Source: a bacterium
GTDB lineage: Bacteria > Fidelibacterota > Marinisomatia > Marinisomatales > UBA1611
Direction: 5' to 3'
Length of the DNA stretch: 64,000 nt
Assembly: GCA_004321745.1 (NCBI GenBank)
Contig: SGYO01000006.1
Location: forward strand, 37,468 to 101,467
The position numbers and the translations under genes were made by a program. The notes beneath the pieces are model-generated. The model did no database searches. It had not been told where the DNA came from and saw only the letters and a program-made list of their open reading frames with translations. Shown one piece after another: positions 56,352 through 64,000 of the stretch (its first letter is position 1; each line of letters opens with the position of its first letter).

Positions 56352-57653
56352 CTATGGCTCTAATCTTGCCATAGTCCTTGGAAAAGGAATGGTCTCTCTT
56401 ATATGTTTTGTACCACATACCCATGCTACAAATCTCTCTAAACCGAGTCCAAAACCTGAGTGTGGAACGGAACCATATTTTCTTAAATCTAAATACCACT
56501 CAAAAGGCTTTAATGGAAGATCGTGATGCCTGATTGTTTCAATTAATATGTCTATGTTATCTTCCCTCTGTCCACCACCGACTATTTCACCATAGCCCTC
56601 TGGCGCAATCATATCTACTCCTAAAGCTAAATTATTATTTATTTCATCTCTTTTCATATAAAATGCTTTAGTATCAACTGGCCAACTGTGGATCATAACA
56701 GGACTTTCATACTGGTTAGATATGGCCGTTTCATCAGATGCTCCAAAATCCTTACCATATGTAAATTCAATATTATTTTGTTTTAATATATCCACTGCCT
56801 CATCATATGTAATCCTTGGAAAAGGAGATTTTACAGCTTCTAATTTATCTATATTTCTCTCTAATACAATTAACTCGCTTTGACAATGCTTAAGGACCTC
56901 ATCAATTATGTAAGTGACTAGTGATTCCATCCAATCCATATTTTGATTAAGGTCACAATATGACATTTCAGGCTCAACCATCCAGAACTCAGTGAGATGA
57001 CGACGAGTTTTAGATTTTTCAGCTCTAAATACTGGCCCAAAACAATATGATTTGCCAAAAGCCATAGCCCCTGCTTCTTGATACAGCTGACCACTTTGTG
57101 TTAAGTAAGCCTTCTTTTCAAAGTACTTAAGTTCAAATAATGTAGTTGTGCCCTCCACAGCATTGCCAGTAAAAATAGGAGAGTCAACTAAAATAAAATC
57201 ATTATTATCAAAAAAATCTCTTATTGATTTAATGATTTGATGTCTTATTCTAAGTATTGAATTTTGTCTTTTAGATCTTATCCATAAATGCCTATTCGAC
57301 ATTAAAAAATCTGTCCCATGCTCTTTATTTGATATAGGATATTCATTAGAGGTATGATTTATGACATCTATATTTTTTACTCCAAGTTCGAAACCTCCTA
57401 CAGCCCTAGGTTCTTTTTTGACAACACCAGTCACACTTACAGAATCTTCTTGATTCAAATTTTGCTCTAATTGAAAACTTTCTAAATCACATTCCCCATC
57501 AACTACTACACACTGTAATAATCCTGTTCCGTCTCTCAAAATCAAGAACCACACTTTCCCAATGCTTCTTCTATTATAGACCCATCCATTGATTTTAACT
57601 TCCTGCCCTTCAAAATCTTTTAAATTTTTAATTGTCACTGTTTCCATTTGCAA
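56352..57653 (-). CDS. asnS: asparagine--tRNA ligase
   Basis: Class IIb layout of an OB-fold N-domain and a catalytic core (FRAEKSKTRRHLTEFWMVEPE, GFGLGLERF). The 433-aa length fits AsnRS rather than AspRS. Confidence 0.9.
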   Translation of the reverse strand: MQMETVTIKNLKDFEGQEVKINGWVYNRRSIGKVWFLILRDGTGLLQCVVVDGECDLESFQLEQNLNQEDSVSVTGVVKKEPRAVGGFELGVKNIDVINHTSNEYPISNKEHGTDFLMSNRHLWIRSKRQNSILRIRHQIIKSIRDFFDNNDFILVDSPIFTGNAVEGTTTLFELKYFEKKAYLTQSGQLYQEAGAMAFGKSYCFGPVFRAEKSKTRRHLTEFWMVEPEMSYCDLNQNMDWMESLVTYIIDEVLKHCQSELIVLERNIDKLEAVKSPFPRITYDEAVDILKQNNIEFTYGKDFGASDETAISNQYESPVMIHSWPVDTKAFYMKRDEINNNLALGVDMIAPEGYGEIVGGGQREDNIDILIETIRHHDLPLKPFEWYLDLRKYGSVPHSGFGLGLERFVAWVCGTKHIRETIPFPRTMARLEP

Positions 57654-57665
57654 ACTAACTCCTTT

Positions 57666-58229
57666 TTACCATGTAGTCATTATATCATTAATTATATCTT
57701 CAGAAATTTTTTGTATAGCTACTTTTGATGCATACTCTCTCGGCTCCCCAAATTCGTTATCATCATCAGAGTCAATTTTACCATCTCCATCATTATCAAT
57801 CCCATCATTGCTAATGTCTCCGCCGAGCCCATAAGCTCCCCATCCTGAGAAACTACCTTTAAATAATGTTTTTTCATTACGATTATCATACCACTCAAAA
57901 TATACATCTACTTTAAATCTATACTCAGACACAGATTCTTGTTTATTGTATGTATATGGACCGTCAGTGATTTTTTTAATTGACCCCTTTAGTATTGAAT
58001 CGGCGTTTTTATCAATTAATTTTAATATACCCTCATCATTAAACTTTTTTTGAATGCCATCAGTAATCTCCTCTGCTATACCAAATTCTGCAGTCTCATT
58101 TTCAATTAGTGGTATTGAAATGGATTTTATATGAGGGGGTATTGAACCTGACATTGAATAAAAAGCACAACAATTAAACAAAAAAGCAATCATCATGCTA
58201 AGATAAATATTCAATCCTTTTAAGCTCAA
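57666..58229 (-). CDS. LptE-like lipoprotein with Asp-rich Ca-binding-like insertion
   Basis: Signal ending in a Cys pair (FLFNCCA). The pattern IKSISIPLIENETAEFGI...ADSILKGSI is LptE-like. There is a D-rich stretch GDISNDGIDNDGDGKIDSDDDNE. Confidence 0.5.
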   Translation of the reverse strand: MSLKGLNIYLSMMIAFLFNCCAFYSMSGSIPPHIKSISIPLIENETAEFGIAEEITDGIQKKFNDEGILKLIDKNADSILKGSIKKITDGPYTYNKQESVSEYRFKVDVYFEWYDNRNEKTLFKGSFSGWGAYGLGGDISNDGIDNDGDGKIDSDDDNEFGEPREYASKVAIQKISEDIINDIMTTW

Positions 58230-58231
58230 AT

Positions 58232-59455
58232 TCAGCTCCGCTTAATTTTTGGTTCTAGCTTATAGTCCTCGATCTTTCTATAAAGAGTTCTTTCACTTAC
58301 TCCTAAAGATCTTGCAGTCTTTCTACGATTGTTATTAAAAAATCGTAGTGTTCTTATAATAGCTTCTTTTTCTAAATCTTTCATGAGAATTTCGCCGATA
58401 GCGTCATCACGAATTAAAGGCTGCCCATCTTCTGTAACTTCCATATTCGGATCAGCTAAAGGAGGAATTATTTTAAGATCCTCAGATGGTAATATTGGGT
58501 TGACAGTTAAAAAGGATTTTTCATTATCAGAAGATAAAATTGCTCTAATTAACTCTGTGTCCTGCTTCAATGAAAATAATTGCCTCAATATTATATCTAT
58601 CTCTGCCTGCTCAGATGTTTTGTTAATTGCAATCGGAAGTCTATCGTTTTCCATTAAAGGCTCATTTAAAACATCAGTAAGTTCCCTATTTACCATATCA
58701 GCAGTTATACGCTCACCTTTCTCTAAAACCATTATTTTTTCAACAAAATTTTTCAATTCCCTTACATTTCCTGGCCAATCATATTGTTTCATAACCCTAA
58801 TAGCATCTGGCATAAAGCCTCTATACCTAATTTCATTGGACCTAGTAAATTCAAGAGCGAACCTTTCGACGAACGGATTAATATCTTCTACCCTCTCTCT
58901 AAGAGCTGGAATATGAATATTTACTGTTTTTAATCTATAATATAGGTCTTGCCTAAACTGATTTTTTTTAACGAGATCAGATAAATTTTTATTTGTTGCA
59001 GCAATGACTCTTACGTCAGTTCGTCTAATTTTTGAGTCCCCTACTCTCATATACTCTCCAGTCTCAAGAACTCTCAGTAGTTTAACCTGCGTCTCCAAGG
59101 GTGCTTCACCAATTTCGTCTAAAAAGATTGTACCTTTATTTGCTTGTTCAAAATATCCTTTCCGATCATCTGAAGCCCCAGTAAAGGATCCTTTTTTGTG
59201 ACCAAACAGTTCACTTTCTATTATGCCTTCTGGTATGGCACCACAATTAACAATAACCATAGGAGTTTGAGAACGTTTACTATGCTTATGTATAGAGCGA
59301 GCTATAATTTCTTTACCACAACCAGATTCACCAGTAACAAGCACAGATATATCTACAGGAGCTACTTGAGCTATCATGCCTAACACTTCATAAATTTTTT
59401 CAGAAGTGCCAATAATTCCAGACTGTTTTTGTAAGCGTGGTAAATCTATTTTCAT
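58232..59455 (-). CDS. sigma-54-dependent transcriptional activator lacking an N-terminal sensory/receiver domain
   Basis: Walker [22 protein letters not shown] variant GSFTGA and C-terminal Fis-type [18 protein letters not shown]. The AAA+ core begins about residue 12. Confidence 0.9.
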   Translation of the reverse strand: MKIDLPRLQKQSGIIGTSEKIYEVLGMIAQVAPVDISVLVTGESGCGKEIIARSIHKHSKRSQTPMVIVNCGAIPEGIIESELFGHKKGSFTGASDDRKGYFEQANKGTIFLDEIGEAPLETQVKLLRVLETGEYMRVGDSKIRRTDVRVIAATNKNLSDLVKKNQFRQDLYYRLKTVNIHIPALRERVEDINPFVERFALEFTRSNEIRYRGFMPDAIRVMKQYDWPGNVRELKNFVEKIMVLEKGERITADMVNRELTDVLNEPLMENDRLPIAINKTSEQAEIDIILRQLFSLKQDTELIRAILSSDNEKSFLTVNPILPSEDLKIIPPLADPNMEVTEDGQPLIRDDAIGEILMKDLEKEAIIRTLRFFNNNRRKTARSLGVSERTLYRKIEDYKLEPKIKRS

Positions 59456-60441
59456 AATTTATTTGCTTTCATATTATAGTTGTACGTAGCCCATGTTGAT
59501 TTAATAATATTATCTAAATCAGATCTTGTCGGCGACCAGCCAATGAGTTGTTTTGCTTTTTTTGAGGATGACAAAACAATATCTGGATCTCCAGACCTTC
59601 TATCAGAAACGACATAATTAATTTTTTTATTAGAAATGATTTGAGTTTTTTTGATTATATCTAATACTGAAAACCCTTCACCAGTTCCTAAATTTATTTC
59701 TAAATTTTCATTATTATTTATAATGTAATCAATAGATGCTAAATGACCTTCTGCTAAATCTGTAACATGAATATAATCTCTAATGCCCGTACCATCAGGA
59801 GTGGCATAATCATCCCCAAAGACTTCAAGATGATCTCTTTTTTCTAACGCAACCTCCATAACTAAAGGAATTAGGTTCTGTGGATCTGACTCTACTTGAA
59901 ATTTCTTACAATTACTATCATAACCAGCTGCATTAAAATACCTTAAACTAGCATATCGAATTCCTTTAAGTTTGCTAAACCATTTCAAATTTTGCTCTAT
60001 TGTTAATTTTGAATAACCATAATAATTAATAGGCAATAAAGGGTGATCTTCATCAATTGGCGTATACCGTGGTGTGCCATAAACAGCAGCACTGGAAGAA
60101 AAAATTATATTTTTTATATTATTTTTGACACAAGACTCAATCAGATTCAATCCACCAATAATATTATTTGTAGCATATTTCCCAGGGTTAAGCATGGACT
60201 CGCCAGCAGCTTTAAAGGCTGCTAAGTGTACAGCTACATCAAAATTATCAGACAGCATAACCGAATCAAGTTCTTTTTTTGATAATGTTGAGCCTTTATA
60301 AAAAGAAATATTATCATTTAAGTTTGATTTAAAACCTGATGACAAATCATCAAAAACTGTTATCTCATTTCCTTTTTTGGAGGCCGCTAAGACAAAATGA
60401 GATCCAATGTATCCTGCTCCGCCTACCACTAAAATTTTCAA
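59452..60441 (-). CDS. galE: UDP-glucose 4-epimerase
   Basis: GGAGYIGS Rossmann motif and catalytic YGYSK; 329 aa. Confidence 0.88.
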   Translation of the reverse strand: MKILVVGGAGYIGSHFVLAASKKGNEITVFDDLSSGFKSNLNDNISFYKGSTLSKKELDSVMLSDNFDVAVHLAAFKAAGESMLNPGKYATNNIIGGLNLIESCVKNNIKNIIFSSSAAVYGTPRYTPIDEDHPLLPINYYGYSKLTIEQNLKWFSKLKGIRYASLRYFNAAGYDSNCKKFQVESDPQNLIPLVMEVALEKRDHLEVFGDDYATPDGTGIRDYIHVTDLAEGHLASIDYIINNNENLEINLGTGEGFSVLDIIKKTQIISNKKINYVVSDRRSGDPDIVLSSSKKAKQLIGWSPTRSDLDNIIKSTWATYNYNMKANKL

Positions 60442-62447
60442 TTTATTCCCTCTTTAATACTATCCTCAAATTTTTCAATTTCATCTCTTAATTTTGCTGC
60501 TTTTTCAAAATCTAGGTTTTCAGCTGAGTTTATCATTTCTTTTCTTAATTCTATCAAAATATTTTCACGATCCTGAATACTCATATCTTGGAATTCTGAA
60601 TCAATAGAGATGGACTTGTCATCTTTCTCGTTTCCTGCGACTGAAGTAGATAATAAGATTTCATCAGTAGATTTATTTATGGTCACAGGTGTGATGTTGT
60701 TTTCAATGTTATTCTTATTTTGCAATGCTCTTCGCCTTTTTGTCTCCTGAATTAAGTTATTCATTGCATCTGTGATCTTATCCCCGTAAAGAATGACTGT
60801 GCCATTTACATTCCTCGAAGCTCTCCCCGCTACTTGTAGTAAACTACTTTTGGATCTTAAAAATCCCTCTTTGTCCGCATCTATAACAGCAACTAGACTA
60901 ACCTCAGGTAAGTCTAAACCTTCCCTTAATAAATTAATTCCAACTAACACATCAAAATTTCCAATCCTAAGCTCTCTTAAAATCTTTACTCTTTCAACAC
61001 TATTTATGTCAGAATGCAGGTATCTAACTTTAATATTAACCCCACCAAGATAATCAGTTAAATCTTCAGCCATACGTTTTGTTAAAGTCGTGACTAATAC
61101 TCTCTCTCTTTTTCTTGTTCTCTTTCTAATTTCTCCAATTAAATCATCAATTTGACCTTTTGATTTTTTAACCACTACCTTTGGATCAAGCAAACCGGTA
61201 GGCCTAAGTATTTGCTCTGTAACAACGCCATTGCAGAATTCTAATTCAGTATCTGATGGAGTAGCAGATACAAATAAAGTTTGATTCTGGGCATCTATAA
61301 ATTCTTGATATTTCAATGGTCTATTATCTAAAGCACTAGGCAATCTGAAACCATGTTCGACCAGGGATAATTTTCTAGCTTTATCTCCATTATACATTGC
61401 CTTTATTTGAGGAAGCGTAACATGAGACTCATCTAAAATTGTTAAAAAATCATTTGGGAAAAAATCTATCAAGGTAAATGGCTTTTCTCCTTCTTTTCTA
61501 CCAGCAAAATATCTTGAATAATTTTCAATACCTGAACAATATCCCAATTCAATCATCATTTCTATATCAAAATTCGTTCTTTGCTCCAACCGCTGTGCCT
61601 CTAACAACTTATTATTTGACCTTAGAAAATCTAGTCTATCATTTAATTCTTCTTCAATTTGATCAATAATTTTTAACGTTTTTTCTTTATCAGTAACAAA
61701 ATGTTTAGCTGGAAAGATTACAGTCTTTTCCAACTCTTCTATTACTTCACCAGTTAAATAATCGAATTTTGAAATTGTTTCAACTTCTGTGCCAAACAAT
61801 TCTATTCTTATACAAAGATCTTCATAAGCAGGAAAAATCTCAATTACGTCACCAAGTACTCTAACATTTCCCCTTTCAAGTATTTGATCATTCCTGGAAT
61901 AGTGAATGTGAACTAAATCAGAAAGTAATTTTTTTCTATCTAAATTTTCTCCGCAGGTTACACTTACAGAACCTTTAATGTACTCATCTGGAGCACCTAG
62001 GCCGTATATACATGAAACCGAAGATACAACAATTACATCCTCTCTAGACATTAAAGAACTAGTTGTTTTTAATCTTAATTTATCAATTTCTTCATTAATT
62101 GATGCATCTTTTTCTATGTAGGTATCTGTCACGGGTAAATATGCTTCTGGCTGATAATAATCATAGTAGCTAATAAAATATTCAACAGCATTATTTGGAA
62201 AAAGTTGTTTCATTTCTCCATAAAGCTGAGCGGCCAATGTTTTATTATGAGACATAATCAAAGTAGGTCTATTTACAGACTGTATTACATTCGCCATTGT
62301 GAAGGTTTTACCTGAACCAGTAATACCAAGTAAGGTAGTATATGGTTCATTAGCATTCAACGAATTGGTTATTTCATCAATTGCAGAAGGCTGATCACCT
62401 CTCGGAGTAAAGGAAGACTCTATTTTAAACTCTGCCATAATGGCCAA
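60438..62447 (-). CDS. uvrB: excinuclease ABC subunit B
   Basis: PRGDQPSAI, Walker A GITGSGKT, helicase motifs and the C-terminal UVR motif FEKAAKLRDEI. Confidence 0.97.
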   Translation of the reverse strand: MAIMAEFKIESSFTPRGDQPSAIDEITNSLNANEPYTTLLGITGSGKTFTMANVIQSVNRPTLIMSHNKTLAAQLYGEMKQLFPNNAVEYFISYYDYYQPEAYLPVTDTYIEKDASINEEIDKLRLKTTSSLMSREDVIVVSSVSCIYGLGAPDEYIKGSVSVTCGENLDRKKLLSDLVHIHYSRNDQILERGNVRVLGDVIEIFPAYEDLCIRIELFGTEVETISKFDYLTGEVIEELEKTVIFPAKHFVTDKEKTLKIIDQIEEELNDRLDFLRSNNKLLEAQRLEQRTNFDIEMMIELGYCSGIENYSRYFAGRKEGEKPFTLIDFFPNDFLTILDESHVTLPQIKAMYNGDKARKLSLVEHGFRLPSALDNRPLKYQEFIDAQNQTLFVSATPSDTELEFCNGVVTEQILRPTGLLDPKVVVKKSKGQIDDLIGEIRKRTRKRERVLVTTLTKRMAEDLTDYLGGVNIKVRYLHSDINSVERVKILRELRIGNFDVLVGINLLREGLDLPEVSLVAVIDADKEGFLRSKSSLLQVAGRASRNVNGTVILYGDKITDAMNNLIQETKRRRALQNKNNIENNITPVTINKSTDEILLSTSVAGNEKDDKSISIDSEFQDMSIQDRENILIELRKEMINSAENLDFEKAAKLRDEIEKFEDSIKEGIN

Positions 62448-62493
62448 TTTACTTAATATAACGAAGAACGGTCAATGGCAGACTTAATGTAAT

Positions 62494-64000
62494 TTATGTA
62501 TTATTGCTTAAAGATAGTGCCATTGCTACTATCTCACCACTTAACTTTTCAGATAGTCCTATTTTTTCAGCGAGTGACTTAGGTGTTTGCCTTGCAATGT
62601 CTTCAGTACCATCATACTCAATTAATAATTTATTTAGTGTTATCTTGCCAACTCCTTTAATGCTTGAATAGGGAGACTCAGTCATAGTTTTTTTTCTTTT
62701 TTGTTTTTGAAATGAAATAGCAAACCTATGTGCCTCATCTCGAACTCTTTTCAGCAGGATCAACCCTGGAGACTTTTTATTAATAACTTGTGCCTCAGGA
62801 TTGCCTGGAATAAATACCTCTTCAAGCCTTTTTGCTAAACCAATAATATTAATATAATCTAACCCAAGTTCTCTAAGAGCAGACTTAGCCATGCTTAATT
62901 GGCCCTTCCCACCATCAATTAAAATAAGATCAGGGTATTCAGAATTTTCTTTTTGAAGCCTACTATACCTCCGAAAAACAACTTCTCGTATCGATGCGAA
63001 ATCATCAATGTTTTTTACTGATTTAATTTTATATTTCCTATAGTTACTTTTTTTAGGCCTCCCATTTATGAATGAAACCATTGATGCCACAGTATTTGTT
63101 CCGCCTAAATGAGAGATATCAAATCCCTCAATATTTTTAGGAGGAACATCTAAATTTAAATCACTTTGCAATGATGTGATTGAATTTGGAGTGAACATTT
63201 TGTATTTATTTTTCCTTAAAATCCAGTCATTTAGTAAAAGTTCAGCATTTTTCATGGTAATCCTAAGCTCTTTTGCTTTTTCACCAATTTGTGGATATTC
63301 AAGTTTTACTTTCGCCCCCCGCTCTTTAGATAACATATCTAAAATATTTTTCTCGTCAATTAGTTTAATAGGTAAGGAAATTTTAGCGGGGATTAAATTA
63401 CTTCCCATGTAAAACTGAGTAATTATCGAACTATATGATTTTTGCTCATCTGAAAATATGTTCTGTACAGAAATTTTCTCCCTGCTGTATATAAATCCAT
63501 TTCTTATTCTTATTACCACAGCTACTCCTATACCATCTTTTTTTGCCAAAGCAAATATATCTCTTTCATCAAAAACTGAGTTAGTGTAGCTTTTTTTAGA
63601 ACTAAAATTTTGAACTGTCCTTAATTGATCTCTAAAAAGAGCAGCTTCTTCATATAATAAATTTTTTGAGGCATGATTCATTTTTTGTTCTACATAATGT
63701 TCTATTTCCTTTGTGCTACCTTTCATAAAAGAAATGACATGCATAATCATTTCATTATATTCTTTTTCTGAAACAAGCCCCTCACAAGGCCCCTGACACC
63801 TTTTAATATGATAATCTAAACATATGGATATCTTTTTTTGCTCGATTATTTTATCATCGATGAAATAACTACAACTTCTAATTGGAAATACTTTATGTAT
63901 TACTTTTAATATAGTTCTTAACCTTTTAGAATCTGTATATGGACCAAAATATTTTGACCCATCTTTTTTTATTTTTCTCGTTAATAAAACCTGAGGGTAA
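62494..64000 (-). CDS. uvrC: excinuclease ABC subunit C (N-terminus beyond window end)
   Basis: The track starts the gene at Met 63750, but the frame stays open upstream to position 64000 (...PIRSCSYFIDDKIIEQKKISICLDYHIKRCQGPCEGLVSEKEY...). The UVR motif YEEAALFRDQL, the RNase-H-like endonuclease domain and a C-terminal HhH are present. Confidence 0.95.
   Translation of the reverse strand, partial: YPQVLLTRKIKKDGSKYFGPYTDSKRLRTILKVIHKVFPIRSCSYFIDDKIIEQKKISICLDYHIKRCQGPCEGLVSEKEYNEMIMHVISFMKGSTKEIEHYVEQKMNHASKNLLYEEAALFRDQLRTVQNFSSKKSYTNSVFDERDIFALAKKDGIGVAVVIRIRNGFIYSREKISVQNIFSDEQKSYSSIITQFYMGSNLIPAKISLPIKLIDEKNILDMLSKERGAKVKLEYPQIGEKAKELRITMKNAELLLNDWILRKNKYKMFTPNSITSLQSDLNLDVPPKNIEGFDISHLGGTNTVASMVSFINGRPKKSNYRKYKIKSVKNIDDFASIREVVFRRYSRLQKENSEYPDLILIDGGKGQLSMAKSALRELGLDYINIIGLAKRLEEVFIPGNPEAQVINKKSPGLILLKRVRDEAHRFAISFQKQKRKKTMTESPYSSIKGVGKITLNKLLIEYDGTEDIARQTPKSLAEKIGLSEKLSGEIVAMALSLSNNT

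Noticed and set aside
58329-58916. 195-aa plus-strand ORF (and 59004..59201, 59198..59383)
   Set aside because: These are antisense shadows of the sigma-54 activator gene, whose AAA+ motifs are unambiguous. Their translations are serine/isoleucine-rich.

Overview
AT-rich (about 30% GC by eye), very compact bacterial chromosome segment. It holds about 65 genes, almost all on the minus strand, many with 1-35 nt overlaps and ATGA/TAATG coupling junctions. Recognisable content, in order: (1) the cell-shape operon mreB-mreC-mreD-mrdA-rodA; (2) a GWxTD protein plus beta-propeller pair; (3) a heptose kinase; (4) an orphan ABC ATPase with a long basic tail; (5) trxA/trxB; (6) a TonB-dependent receptor; (7) tRNA-Ala(GGC); (8) a 7-kb block of heterogeneous accessory genes (three secreted alpha/beta hydrolases, GH18, a YgjP metallohydrolase, small unknowns, a lone terminase-small-subunit homologue); (9) the 5-oxoprolinase operon pxpBCA; (10) dinB; (11) an uncharacterised 656-aa HTH/repeat/nuclease-like protein; (12) DPP-IV; (13) a family-5-like UDG; (14) ppiD; (15) accA; (16) an envelope glycan/outer-membrane cluster (GT2-PGT fusion, ppm-like GT2, rmlD, Omp85-like, a 1077-aa OM protein, lgt); (17) lepA, nadE, asnS, an LptE-like protein, a sigma-54 activator, galE, uvrB and uvrC (partial). 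A T9SS C-terminal sorting domain, a GWxTD domain and clear Shine-Dalgarno use suggest a streamlined marine FCB-group lineage such as Marinimicrobia; this is inference only. No rRNA, CRISPR array, integrase or transposase was seen. The most interesting observation is hidden by the ORF track. The thioredoxin-fold/TPR gene called at 37582..38559 continues upstream in frame to an ATG at 38733 with a lipoprotein signal. That extension crosses a single TGA lying exactly on the first Cys of the CxxC redox motif, and a SECIS-like hairpin follows, so this is a candidate selenoprotein. Second, an in-frame TAA splits a DUF4440-like lipoprotein gene (29000..29461). All functional calls rest on motif recognition by eye; no database searches were run.
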